From Patescibacteria group bacterium (GTDB lineage Bacteria > Patescibacteriota > Patescibacteriia > UBA9570 > JAHJKD01), in contig JAZDOC010000017.1 of NCBI GenBank assembly GCA_043798935.1, positions 64,381-128,380 on the forward strand: a DNA stretch of 64,000 nt, read 5' to 3'. Every line of letters starts with the position of its first letter. The first letter of the stretch is position 1. The notes beneath the pieces are model-generated. The model saw nothing but the letters and a program-made list of their open reading frames with translations, was not told the origin of the DNA and made no database searches. Position numbers and translations under genes: made by a program. Shown piece after piece: positions 40,224 to 49,328 of this stretch.

Positions 40224-42118
40224 TGATTGATTTAAGAGATTCAAAACTACAAGCTCAGAAAAAATTACCGCTGGTCGATGAATCAACCAAAGAACAGCGC
40301 GAACAAGCCCGAGCCCGACAAATAGCCAAAGATCAAGAGGCTAAAGATTTAATTACCGCCAAAAACATTTATGAAAGTGGCGTCACTTACGTATTAGATT
40401 TAATTTCACCGGCCGCTTTAAAAGCCGAACCGCGTTATATAGATTTAGGCGGTAAATATTGCTCTACCATGTTTGTGGTTTCTTACCCGCGTCATATTAA
40501 TGTTGGCTGGTTTGCGCCCATCATTAATTTGAATTTATCGCTCGACATTGCCATGTATTTTTATCCGGTGAAATCAAACATTATTTTAAAACAATTGCGC
40601 AATAAAGTTGGTTCGCTGGAAGCTGAATTAATTTCTGATTCGGAAAAAAGAGCACCGCGTGATCCGGTTAAAGAAACCGCTTTGCGCGATATCGAAGGTT
40701 TGCGCGATAGTTTAACCCAGGGAACCGAAAAGTTTTTTCAATTCGCTTTGTACATTACAATTTATGCGGACGAAAAAAAAGAGCTGGAAGATTTAATGGA
40801 AAAAATGGATTCCATGTTTGGCTCGAAATTAGTGACGGCTAAACGTATTTTTTATCAGGCCGAACAAGGTTTTAATTCCACCCTCCCTTTAGGCATCGAT
40901 GAAATTCAAGTTTATTTCAACATGAATTCTTCACCGTGCGCTTCATCCTTTCCGTTTATTTCTTCGGAATTAACATCAGATAACGGTATTTTATACGGCG
41001 TTAATCGTCATAATAATAGTTTAATATTATTCGATCGTTTCAGTTTACAAAATGCCAACTCTGTGGTTTTCGCTACTTCGGGCGCCGGTAAAAGTTATAC
41101 CATTAAATTGGAAGTTTTGCGTAGTTTGATGATGGGAACCGATGTTATTATTATCGATCCGGAAAATGAATACAAGCATTTAGCCGACGCTGTTGGCGGA
41201 ACTTATATTAATATCTCTTTAAACTCGGATGCTAAAATTAACCCGTTTGATTTACCGCGTCCGGTTGGTGGCGCCGATAAACCGGCCGATATTATTAGAA
41301 CAGCCGTAATTACTTTAAAAGGTTTATTGCGTTTGATGCTGGGAAAAATTAGTGATGCCGAAGATTCTATTATGGACAGAGCTTTGATTGAAACTTACGC
41401 TAAAAAAGATATTACGGCTGATACGGATTTAAGCTTAGGCGTGGAACCGCCAATCATGGCCGACTTTCAGAATATTTTGGAAGGTTTTGAAGGAACGGAA
41501 AATTTAGTTATCAGGTTAAAGAAATTTACCGAGGGTACTTTTTCCGGATTATTCAACAGTCCCACAAACATTGATATGAAAAATCAGCTAGTCACTTTTT
41601 CCGTGCGTGATCTGGAAGACGAATTAAGACCAATCGCTGTTTACAATATTGTCACTTATATTTGGAACGTTGTACGCTCTAAATTAAAACAACGCATGTT
41701 GATTATCGATGAAGCTTGGTGGCTAATGCAGAGCGAAGACAGCGCTAAATTTATTTTTGCCTTGGTAAAACGTTGCCGAAAGTATTATCTGGGTGTCACT
41801 ACAATTACTCAAGACGTAAACGACTTTTTACTTTCTCCTTATGGCAGAGCAATTGTTACCAATTCGGCCATGCAGATTTTATTAAAACAGTCGCCGGCCG
41901 CGATCGACAACATCGCCAAAGTATTTATGTTAACCGAAGGCGAGAAATATTTATTGCTAGAGGGTAATGTGGGCGAAGGCATATTCTTTGCAGGCGAACG
42001 GCACGTAGCCATTAAAGTTGTGGCCTCGCAAACCGAAGATCAAATTGTCACATCCGACCCGCGGCAATTACTGGAAATTGAAGAGTCTAAAAAGGAATTC
42101 GCGGCTCAAAATTCTTAA
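40223..42118 (+). CDS. virB4: VirB4/TraE-like type IV secretion ATPase
   Basis: Walker A ATSGAGKS, IIDPENEY, INPFD, Walker B LIIDEAWWLM, RKY...TTITQDVNDF. Confidence 0.93.
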   Translation: MIDLRDSKLQAQKKLPLVDESTKEQREQARARQIAKDQEAKDLITAKNIYESGVTYVLDLISPAALKAEPRYIDLGGKYCSTMFVVSYPRHINVGWFAPIINLNLSLDIAMYFYPVKSNIILKQLRNKVGSLEAELISDSEKRAPRDPVKETALRDIEGLRDSLTQGTEKFFQFALYITIYADEKKELEDLMEKMDSMFGSKLVTAKRIFYQAEQGFNSTLPLGIDEIQVYFNMNSSPCASSFPFISSELTSDNGILYGVNRHNNSLILFDRFSLQNANSVVFATSGAGKSYTIKLEVLRSLMMGTDVIIIDPENEYKHLADAVGGTYINISLNSDAKINPFDLPRPVGGADKPADIIRTAVITLKGLLRLMLGKISDAEDSIMDRALIETYAKKDITADTDLSLGVEPPIMADFQNILEGFEGTENLVIRLKKFTEGTFSGLFNSPTNIDMKNQLVTFSVRDLEDELRPIAVYNIVTYIWNVVRSKLKQRMLIIDEAWWLMQSEDSAKFIFALVKRCRKYYLGVTTITQDVNDFLLSPYGRAIVTNSAMQILLKQSPAAIDNIAKVFMLTEGEKYLLLEGNVGEGIFFAGERHVAIKVVASQTEDQIVTSDPRQLLEIEESKKEFAAQNS

Positions 42119-42141
42119 ATTCAATCATTAATATAATTTAT

Positions 42142-42774
42142 ATGTTTGCCCAAAAAAAATTCATTATAATCGTCACCGCTCTTTTAGCATTATTATTCAT
42201 TGGCTTTGGTGTAATTTTCTATATTTATCAAAATCATCAAACTGAAATTAAACCAGAAAACAGCAATACCAATATAGCTGTTAATAACACTAATAATCAA
42301 ATCGATAATCAGGGGAATATTATTATTGATGAAACAAATAACAATGCCAACAGCGCGTCGCCGGCTGAAAGCGAAACATTTGTGGCTACCCAAGCTAATC
42401 AAACAAATGCCATTTTAAAGCTGGCTAAAAATTTTGCTGAGCGCTTTGGAACATATTCCAACGAGAATAATTACGATAACATCAGAAATTTAAAAAATAT
42501 TTCCAGCACTGAAATGCAAGCCTGGCTGGAAACTTTAATTGATAATAATAGCAAGAAGCCAAATGAAGCGTTTAGTGCTGTGACCACTAAAGCTTTAACA
42601 GTTGATTTATTAAGTTTTGATGTTGGATCAAATATCGCCGAAGTAATGGTAAGCACTAGCCGTAGTGAAGAAGCAGAATTTTCCACTGAAAAGAAAACAT
42701 ACACTCAAAAAATAAAAATTGAAATAATCCAGGAAAATAATTCTTGGAAAATAAATCGCGCTTATTGGCAATAA
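42142..42774 (+). CDS. Bitopic membrane protein, possibly VirB8/TcpC-like (NTF2-like C-terminal domain)
   Basis: N-terminal TM, Asn-rich linker, AKNFAERFGTYS...IQENNSWKINRAYW; directly after virB4. Confidence 0.6.
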   Translation: MFAQKKFIIIVTALLALLFIGFGVIFYIYQNHQTEIKPENSNTNIAVNNTNNQIDNQGNIIIDETNNNANSASPAESETFVATQANQTNAILKLAKNFAERFGTYSNENNYDNIRNLKNISSTEMQAWLETLIDNNSKKPNEAFSAVTTKALTVDLLSFDVGSNIAEVMVSTSRSEEAEFSTEKKTYTQKIKIEIIQENNSWKINRAYWQ

Positions 42775-42782
42775 TTAAAATT

Positions 42783-43085
42783 ATGCCACAAACCATAAAT
42801 GATCAAAAAAACGAAATTGCTCAAACTTTATCGTTTATTTTAGAAAAAGCACCGGATTTAATATTGAAAAATGATCCGGATGTATTAAAATTTAATTTTG
42901 AAAAAGCCGTGCAAAAAGCCACTCAACTTTATTATTTAAATTTGTATCAAGTAAAAAATGTTGAAGTTGATGAACACATTAAAAAAGCCACTGAAGAAGA
43001 TATTATTAAGCAATATCAAGCCATGCTAGCTAATTTAATGATTACTTTTAAACAGGTGGAAGTTGAAAAAAAGCTTGAAAATTAA
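42783..43085 (+). CDS. Hypothetical protein (~100 aa; ATG 42783 preferred)
   Basis: ORF co-oriented within the locus. Confidence 0.65.
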   Translation: MPQTINDQKNEIAQTLSFILEKAPDLILKNDPDVLKFNFEKAVQKATQLYYLNLYQVKNVEVDEHIKKATEEDIIKQYQAMLANLMITFKQVEVEKKLEN

Positions 43086-43087
43086 TA

Positions 43088-43169
43088 TAGCCCCGGGCTT
43101 TATGCTCGTGGGCGGTGAGAAAGAAACATCAATATTAATGCCAGTCCACGCCCATAAAAGGCGGGGCTA
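43088..43169. repeat. Inverted pair of TAGCCCCG REP-like palindromes
   Basis: TAGCCCCGGGCTTTATGCTCGTGGGCG ... CCACGCCCATAAAAGGCGGGGCTA; same family at 55651-55780. Confidence 0.8.
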
Positions 43170-43202
43170 AAAAATTATAAAAATTGCAAAAAATAAATAA
43201 TC

Positions 43203-44471
43203 ATGAATAATCCAAGCTCACAAAATTTACAATCAGAAATGGGAGAGCAAATAAAAGATGCTGTTAAAAGTAATCCTAATTTAAGTGTGGGCGAGGCGAT
43301 TAGCGACTTGTGTCAGCATCCAAAATTTCAAAAATTATTATCAGATTCCGTCATGGCTTTACCGCTTCAATATATTGATGCTGATACATCAGCCGATGTA
43401 AAACGAGCCGGTGCTATGAAAGCCATGGTAGCCACCGCCGTTATGGCTGATGCTGTAGTTCAAGCGCAAAAAGAGCAAGAAATGCAGGATATAGCCTTAG
43501 AAGCTTTAATGGCTCATTTAATGTTGAATGGTTTAAATCCTGAACAAGCTGAAAGTTATGCCCGAAACGCCATGGGTCATCCGGCTACGGATTCTGCACC
43601 CGAGGAAGATCAGAAAGCAGATGAGCATGGTCAAAAACAAGCTCAAGATGCTCAAGCCGTCGCTTCAGATGCCGAAGGCGATGGAGAACAACCAGATGGC
43701 GAAACAGGTGAAGGCGAACCAGACACTCCCCAAGAAACCGTTGAGCCTGGCAAAGAAGATGAAGCCGCCAGAAAATTACAGGACGAAAAAAATAAAGATG
43801 CTCAAAAAAAAGAGGGTGAGCAAGAAGACGGAGATAAAAAAGAAGGCGAAAACCCTGAAGGTGAGGGAAAAGAAGACAAACAACCCGGCCAAGAAGCTGG
43901 TGAGGAACCAGGTGAAGACCAAACCGCTTCACCCGAACAAGAAACGGCCGAGCCGGAAGAATCAGAGGATCAGAATGCTGAGAATCAAGAAGGGGATGAA
44001 GGCCAAGAAGGTGAAAATCAAGGTGCGTCGCCGGAAGAACAATCTCCGGAAGGAGAGTCCCCGGAGGCTAAACCAGAAGAAGAGGCTGACAAAGGCCGTG
44101 AATTAGCTGAAGATAAAAAGGAAGATGAAGATAAAGAAAGTAATATTCCAAGTAAAGATGAATTAGCAAAAGCCGTTAATAAAATAAAAAAAGAAACCGA
44201 ATCAGCTCTAATTGAAGCGTTTCTCAGTGGCCTGCCTGAAAGTTTATTGTTGTTATTAATACCTTTTGTTCCGCCCATAAATATTCCTTTGGGAATTTTA
44301 GCAATTAAGTTTGGTTTTGATGGAAAAATAGATTTTGATATGCCATTGTTAGGAAAAATTAAATTGATGGATTTTGATGCGTTAGAACGTGCAATTATGA
44401 TCTCGTTTGGAGTGGCTTGTTTTTTGGAATATATCATTGGATTTGTATTGTTGCTTTATTTTTTTAATTAA
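43203..44471 (+). CDS. Acidic low-complexity protein with C-terminal TM helices
   Basis: Long E/D/G/Q/P-rich tract followed by two hydrophobic segments. Confidence 0.85.
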   Translation: MNNPSSQNLQSEMGEQIKDAVKSNPNLSVGEAISDLCQHPKFQKLLSDSVMALPLQYIDADTSADVKRAGAMKAMVATAVMADAVVQAQKEQEMQDIALEALMAHLMLNGLNPEQAESYARNAMGHPATDSAPEEDQKADEHGQKQAQDAQAVASDAEGDGEQPDGETGEGEPDTPQETVEPGKEDEAARKLQDEKNKDAQKKEGEQEDGDKKEGENPEGEGKEDKQPGQEAGEEPGEDQTASPEQETAEPEESEDQNAENQEGDEGQEGENQGASPEEQSPEGESPEAKPEEEADKGRELAEDKKEDEDKESNIPSKDELAKAVNKIKKETESALIEAFLSGLPESLLLLLIPFVPPINIPLGILAIKFGFDGKIDFDMPLLGKIKLMDFDALERAIMISFGVACFLEYIIGFVLLLYFFN

Positions 44472-44513
44472 GCTTAAAAGTAATTTGCTGAACGTCATAA
44501 AATATGGTATAGT

Positions 44514-45896
44514 ATGAACATGCTTTTAGCGAAAAATAAACATTTATTCATTAGGTTTCTAACAGCGCCTATTTTTTTAATTATACTAAATTTTATTCCG
44601 AAAAGTGCACAAGCTGAAGGCGAAAAGCAATATGTAAAAAATATTGGTTATTTATTAGAAGTTCCTATTCCTACAATATCCAGCGGTGGTGTTTCGCTCG
44701 TAAATAATATTGTTGAATATGTTCAACTGATTTATGAAGTGAGTATCTCTATAATTGCGCCATTAGCAGTAGTGGCTATTATCTATGGCGGTGTTAGAAT
44801 TGCCTCTTCAGCCGGAAATGAACAGTCTATTACATCTGGTAAACAAGTAATTATTTCAGCTATTATTGGTTTATTAATACCATTATTAAGCTATAGCGGT
44901 TTAAAATTAATAAATTCTCAATTAGTTGATTTGCAGAATATACAGGTTGAGAAAATAGTTTACGAACCCGATACAGAACCAATTTATACTTTACCGGATT
45001 GCGGTCGTGATTCACGTTTTGAAGATTGCAAAGATACACTTTGCGGGGAAACTTGTTTTAACGAAGAATTAGGCTTAAGTTGTCGCGGTGAAAAAGCAAA
45101 TTCGGCTAACGCTACGGCAAGTTGTTCAGGAAACATGACAGTTATTGGGTCAGGCCCTGGTCAGTGCGAGTGTTACCCATACGCTACAAGCATAACCGAG
45201 GGAAAAATAAAATATAAGATGCAGAGTGCAGATTGCGTCGATCCGGCAATAATAGCAGTTCAAACTTATGATAAATTATATAAAGACAGAAAAGATCGTG
45301 AATTTATGGTGAATGCAATGACTGCGCTTTCCATTTGTGGTAATAATTTTGAACCTTTCTACAAACAAAGCGATATCATGGCAATTGACGAATATGTTGA
45401 TCTTGTATTTGGCTGGTCACATATGGAATTAATGAATAATATGCTAAATCGAAATATGGCAGCGTCTACTTTGTTTTATATTACTTTAAATAAATCATGG
45501 CATTCTCAAACTAACCATGTATATAGTGATCTTTTTGGATTTTGCGCACAAAGGAACAATTATGTTTTTAAAAGTCATAGCCAGTTAGAAACAACAACAA
45601 ATTGTGAATTTAATCTAAATTGCGGAATTCATCCTAGTTATAACGATGCTAGTGATATTTTTGGTTTATTTTGTATGCCTAACGATTGGTCTCAGCTTTT
45701 ACTTAACGGACACGAATATAAAGCTAAAGACATGTCGTCTTTTAATGCTAGCCAGTTTAAAAAAGCACTTTTTTGGGGTGAATATTTGGTCGGTAAATAT
45801 TATAACGGTACTGCTACAAGTTATGATAATGAGTTTATCATGACTCAAGAAATTGCCAATAAATTGGATAATAATCAATACGAAAGTTTTCACTAA
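44514..45896 (+). CDS. VirB2/TrbC-like pilin fused to a Cys-rich C-terminal domain of unknown function
   Basis: Signal peptide; YVQLIYEVSISIIAPLAVVAIIYGGVRIASSAGNEQSITSGKQVIISAIIGLLI pilin motif. Confidence 0.8.
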   Translation: MNMLLAKNKHLFIRFLTAPIFLIILNFIPKSAQAEGEKQYVKNIGYLLEVPIPTISSGGVSLVNNIVEYVQLIYEVSISIIAPLAVVAIIYGGVRIASSAGNEQSITSGKQVIISAIIGLLIPLLSYSGLKLINSQLVDLQNIQVEKIVYEPDTEPIYTLPDCGRDSRFEDCKDTLCGETCFNEELGLSCRGEKANSANATASCSGNMTVIGSGPGQCECYPYATSITEGKIKYKMQSADCVDPAIIAVQTYDKLYKDRKDREFMVNAMTALSICGNNFEPFYKQSDIMAIDEYVDLVFGWSHMELMNNMLNRNMAASTLFYITLNKSWHSQTNHVYSDLFGFCAQRNNYVFKSHSQLETTTNCEFNLNCGIHPSYNDASDIFGLFCMPNDWSQLLLNGHEYKAKDMSSFNASQFKKALFWGEYLVGKYYNGTATSYDNEFIMTQEIANKLDNNQYESFH

Positions 45897-45900
45897 AATT

Positions 45901-47136
45901 ATGCAACTAACAGATTTACAAAAGAAAATATTATACTCAGCTCTATTAATAATAGTGGCAATTGGCATGGCGATTATTATTTATATAGTGTTTTTTAAAG
46001 CGCCTAAAGAAGAATTAATTAATGTAAATGGCGAGCTTGTGCCTGAAAGCATATTTCCGGAAATAAACGCTAATGTTAATCAGGATATTGATGTTAGTAA
46101 TACTAATGCTTTTAATGGCGTGCCCACAATCGATTCGGTAGCGCGTGGATCCAACACTTTAACCGACACATTAACCGATGAAAGTGCCTCTGATATGACG
46201 CTTTCAGCCAATGGCAAGGACGTCCAATATTACAACAGCGAAGACGGAAAGTTTTACCGCATCAACGAGCTGGGTGAAAAAATTGCCATGAGCGATGAAA
46301 TTTTTAAGGGTGTAAATAATGTCACTTGGTCTAACAGCAGCCAATCCGCTGTATTAGAGTTTGATGATGATTATAATTTATTTTACGATTTTGAAAAAAA
46401 GAAGCAATATACTGTTCCTAAAGAAATGGAACAATTTACCTTCTCACCGACTGATGACCAGATTGGTTTTAAATATATGGCCATCGATAAAGAAGATCGC
46501 TGGTTGGGGGTAATGGATCCGGACGGTTCAAATCCTCGGGGCTTGGAAAAACTTGGCGATAATGCCGATAAAATTGAAGTAAATTGGTCGCCATCCGGAA
46601 AAGCCGTTGGAACTTTTAATGAATATATCGACGGTAATCGTCAGCGTGTAATTCCGATTGGTCTAAATAGCGAGAATTTTAAACAAATGACGGTTGAAGG
46701 CAGAGGTTTTGAATATGCTTGGTCGCCAACCGGAAAACAAATGCTTTATAATGTTTTTGGTTCATATTCAGATTATCAGCCGACTTTATGGATAGTTGAT
46801 GCTGAAGGTGAACAAATCGGCGAGAATCGCACGGCTTTAGAAATGAACACGTGGGTAGACAAATGTACTTTTTCTAGCAAAACTCAGCTTTATTGCGCTG
46901 TACCGCAAACCTTGCCGACCGGTGCCGGCTATGCGCGTGATGTGGCTGACAATATTCCGGATAATATTTATAAAATAGATTTAGCAACCGGTAAAAAAGA
47001 ACTAATGGCTATTCCCATTAATGCTTTTGGTACCGAACAGTATACCATTAATAATATGCAGGTCTCTGATGACGGTGCTACTTTGTTTTTTACTGATGTT
47101 CAACAAAACAATATTCATAAATTAAAATTAAAATAA
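45901..47136 (+). CDS. Membrane-anchored beta-propeller (TolB/WD40-like) protein
   Basis: N-terminal TM; repeated WSNS/FSPT/WSPSG/WSPTG blade motifs; ATG at 45901. Confidence 0.8.
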   Translation: MQLTDLQKKILYSALLIIVAIGMAIIIYIVFFKAPKEELINVNGELVPESIFPEINANVNQDIDVSNTNAFNGVPTIDSVARGSNTLTDTLTDESASDMTLSANGKDVQYYNSEDGKFYRINELGEKIAMSDEIFKGVNNVTWSNSSQSAVLEFDDDYNLFYDFEKKKQYTVPKEMEQFTFSPTDDQIGFKYMAIDKEDRWLGVMDPDGSNPRGLEKLGDNADKIEVNWSPSGKAVGTFNEYIDGNRQRVIPIGLNSENFKQMTVEGRGFEYAWSPTGKQMLYNVFGSYSDYQPTLWIVDAEGEQIGENRTALEMNTWVDKCTFSSKTQLYCAVPQTLPTGAGYARDVADNIPDNIYKIDLATGKKELMAIPINAFGTEQYTINNMQVSDDGATLFFTDVQQNNIHKLKLK

Positions 47137-47137
47137 C

Positions 47138-47917
47138 ATGAAAAAAAACAATTTCCATTTATCAGATACTACAGTTTTAATTATTGTTGCTGTAATTGGT
47201 TTATTACTGCTTGTATTTTTTTTATTATTTGGATCAGCACTTGTTCAAGGCATCTTTGCTTTACCGGTTGAAAGTAATAATACCAATACTAATGCATCAC
47301 AAATTGCCAGCTCTACTAATAACGGCGGTTTGGAATTAGGCTATGATCCATTGATTACTATGGTGCCGGAAGATCTCCAGACGCTTGGCAAAAACAGCAA
47401 AGTGTTCATCTCCGATGTTGATCCTTATCTGGGTTCGTCGCAGGCTAAAGCCGTGGTGGTTGTATGGTCGCGCTTCGATAACGAGCAAGCCAAGGAAAGT
47501 GCTGATATTCTTAAGCAAATTTCTAATGAATATGGCGATAAAATTGTAATTATATGGAAAGATTTTATTAATCCTGATAATAATAACGAAATTGGCTATT
47601 CGGCTGCGCTGGCCGCTCATTGTGCTAATGAGCAAGATTTGTTTTGGCCGTATCATGATTTATTATTCGATAATTATGATCATTTAGACGCAAATACTAT
47701 AAGCGAATTAGCGACCACGGTTAATCTAGATATGAATATTTTTAATGAATGTATCGACAATCAATCTACTAAAGCGATTGTTGAAAGCAACTATTATCGC
47801 GGCCTTAGCGCCGGCATTACTAATGCGCCGGCAGTGTTTGTAAATGATGCCATGATAGACGATGCTCTTAATATTGATACTCTTAAAAATGCAATTAATG
47901 ATAAAATAAATGAATAA
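47138..47917 (+). CDS. DsbA-family thioredoxin-fold protein lacking CxxC
   Basis: DPYLGSSQAKAVVVVWSRFDNEQAK at the position of the usual FSDFxCPxC; AAHCANEQDLFWPYHDLLF; GITNAPAVFVN. Confidence 0.85.
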   Translation: MKKNNFHLSDTTVLIIVAVIGLLLLVFFLLFGSALVQGIFALPVESNNTNTNASQIASSTNNGGLELGYDPLITMVPEDLQTLGKNSKVFISDVDPYLGSSQAKAVVVVWSRFDNEQAKESADILKQISNEYGDKIVIIWKDFINPDNNNEIGYSAALAAHCANEQDLFWPYHDLLFDNYDHLDANTISELATTVNLDMNIFNECIDNQSTKAIVESNYYRGLSAGITNAPAVFVNDAMIDDALNIDTLKNAINDKINE

Positions 47918-49301
47918 TAAAAAAATAATATCATATTTTTTTGCGCTATATTTTGTAATCAGCGCCTTTATCCCCCTTATTTCTTTAGCCGGGTCCGCAA
48001 CAGCAACAACCCCAACAGCTGCAAAGAGCACGGTACCAGCCGCTTGCACGGATTTTGCGGATAAGGAAGTGGAATGGACTCAGCAAGAAGATATCATGTA
48101 TTTTTTAGAAGTCCCATTATTTGGCAAGCTTTATGTCACTAATTGGAACGATTATCTGGAAACCGTTTATAATTTTTCCATTACTTTAATTCCTATTTTT
48201 TCTTTAGCCGCTATGTTTTACGGCGGTTTTCGCTGGGCCGCATCGGCCGGCAATGAGCAAGCTATTACTAGTGCTAAAAATGTAATTACTTCAGCTATTA
48301 TTGGATTATTAATTGCTTTACTAGGCTATGGTATGGCTGGGCGCATAAATTCGGCATTAGTAGATAATCACGATGTTAGAATATATAAAATTCCAATTGC
48401 CAATCCTTATGATAGTAGCTGTGAACTTCCGCCGGAAAGTAGAGTTGATCTGGCTATTAGTGCAGTAGCGCCTCATCAATTTGCTTCTTCAACTATTAGC
48501 TCTGGTGGATGTCCAAATCTTAAAGTAGCTATCGAAAAAGCTTTGGTTAATTTAAGTGCACTGGCAGTTACAAAAGGCGCGCCTATTGTATTGAGTGGAT
48601 CGGGTTGGCGTTCAGCTGAAAGGCAATGGTATTTCTTTGCCTGTTATTGCAATGCTCAAATTACCGGTGAATGTAAAAGCGGTGCATGCAATGGATGTCA
48701 ATATTGTGAATCTAATAATTGTAATTTAGCGTCTAAGCCGTGTGATGGCGATTCATCTCGGCATCCGCGCGGTTTAGCCGTAGATGTTAAAATTGTTGGA
48801 ACAATTTTAGAAGGGCATGGCACAACCGGTTATAATTGTCTTAGAGGAAGCCATCCAACCGATAAAAGTTTTGGTTTTTCGCTAAGTGGAAAAGATAAAG
48901 CAATTTGGGATGCATTAAAACCAGAAGAACAAAAATCCCTATGTGAGTGGCAAAAAGACTTAAAAGAAGCCATGACTGGCGGTCCGGGAACGCCTTATGA
49001 CACTAACCCTACCGGTTTAAAAGGAATAAAGTCAGAGTGGTGGCATTTTCAATTATCATCGACAACGGCTTGTTTCGAACTCGGTACTTATGGGCTATCT
49101 TGTCCTTGCAAAGATTCAGCTCCTACAAATTGTCCAACCGGCCAACATGCAGTATGTAAGTTGAAAGATAACTCGTATTCTCAAAGCGAAGGTTGGCAAT
49201 GTATGGATTCTTCAATTGGAAGTGAGAAGAAAACAATAACAAAAATGATTAGCGGCAATGGTGTCGCCACTCTTTATAATTTTAGCTGCATAGTAAATTA
49301 G
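47910..49301 (+). CDS. VirB2/TrbC-like pilin fused to an M15 (VanY/VanX-like) Zn peptidase
   Basis: Pilin motif YGGFRWAASAGNEQAITSAKNVITSAIIGLLI; SGWRS, SRHPRGLAVD (SxHxxGxAxD), SEWWHF (ExxH). Confidence 0.85.
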   Translation: MNNKKIISYFFALYFVISAFIPLISLAGSATATTPTAAKSTVPAACTDFADKEVEWTQQEDIMYFLEVPLFGKLYVTNWNDYLETVYNFSITLIPIFSLAAMFYGGFRWAASAGNEQAITSAKNVITSAIIGLLIALLGYGMAGRINSALVDNHDVRIYKIPIANPYDSSCELPPESRVDLAISAVAPHQFASSTISSGGCPNLKVAIEKALVNLSALAVTKGAPIVLSGSGWRSAERQWYFFACYCNAQITGECKSGACNGCQYCESNNCNLASKPCDGDSSRHPRGLAVDVKIVGTILEGHGTTGYNCLRGSHPTDKSFGFSLSGKDKAIWDALKPEEQKSLCEWQKDLKEAMTGGPGTPYDTNPTGLKGIKSEWWHFQLSSTTACFELGTYGLSCPCKDSAPTNCPTGQHAVCKLKDNSYSQSEGWQCMDSSIGSEKKTITKMISGNGVATLYNFSCIVN

Positions 49302-49328
49302 AATAATCAATAAAAGTTTCTATTAAAA

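Noticed and set aside
43558-44106. 182-aa Lys/Arg-rich alternative-frame ORF
   Set aside because: Frame-shifted shadow of the GAA/GAT-rich acidic tract
19981-49301. Integrative conjugative element or prophage
   Set aside because: No integrase, relaxase, coupling protein, att repeats or phage structural genes; flanked seamlessly by housekeeping genes
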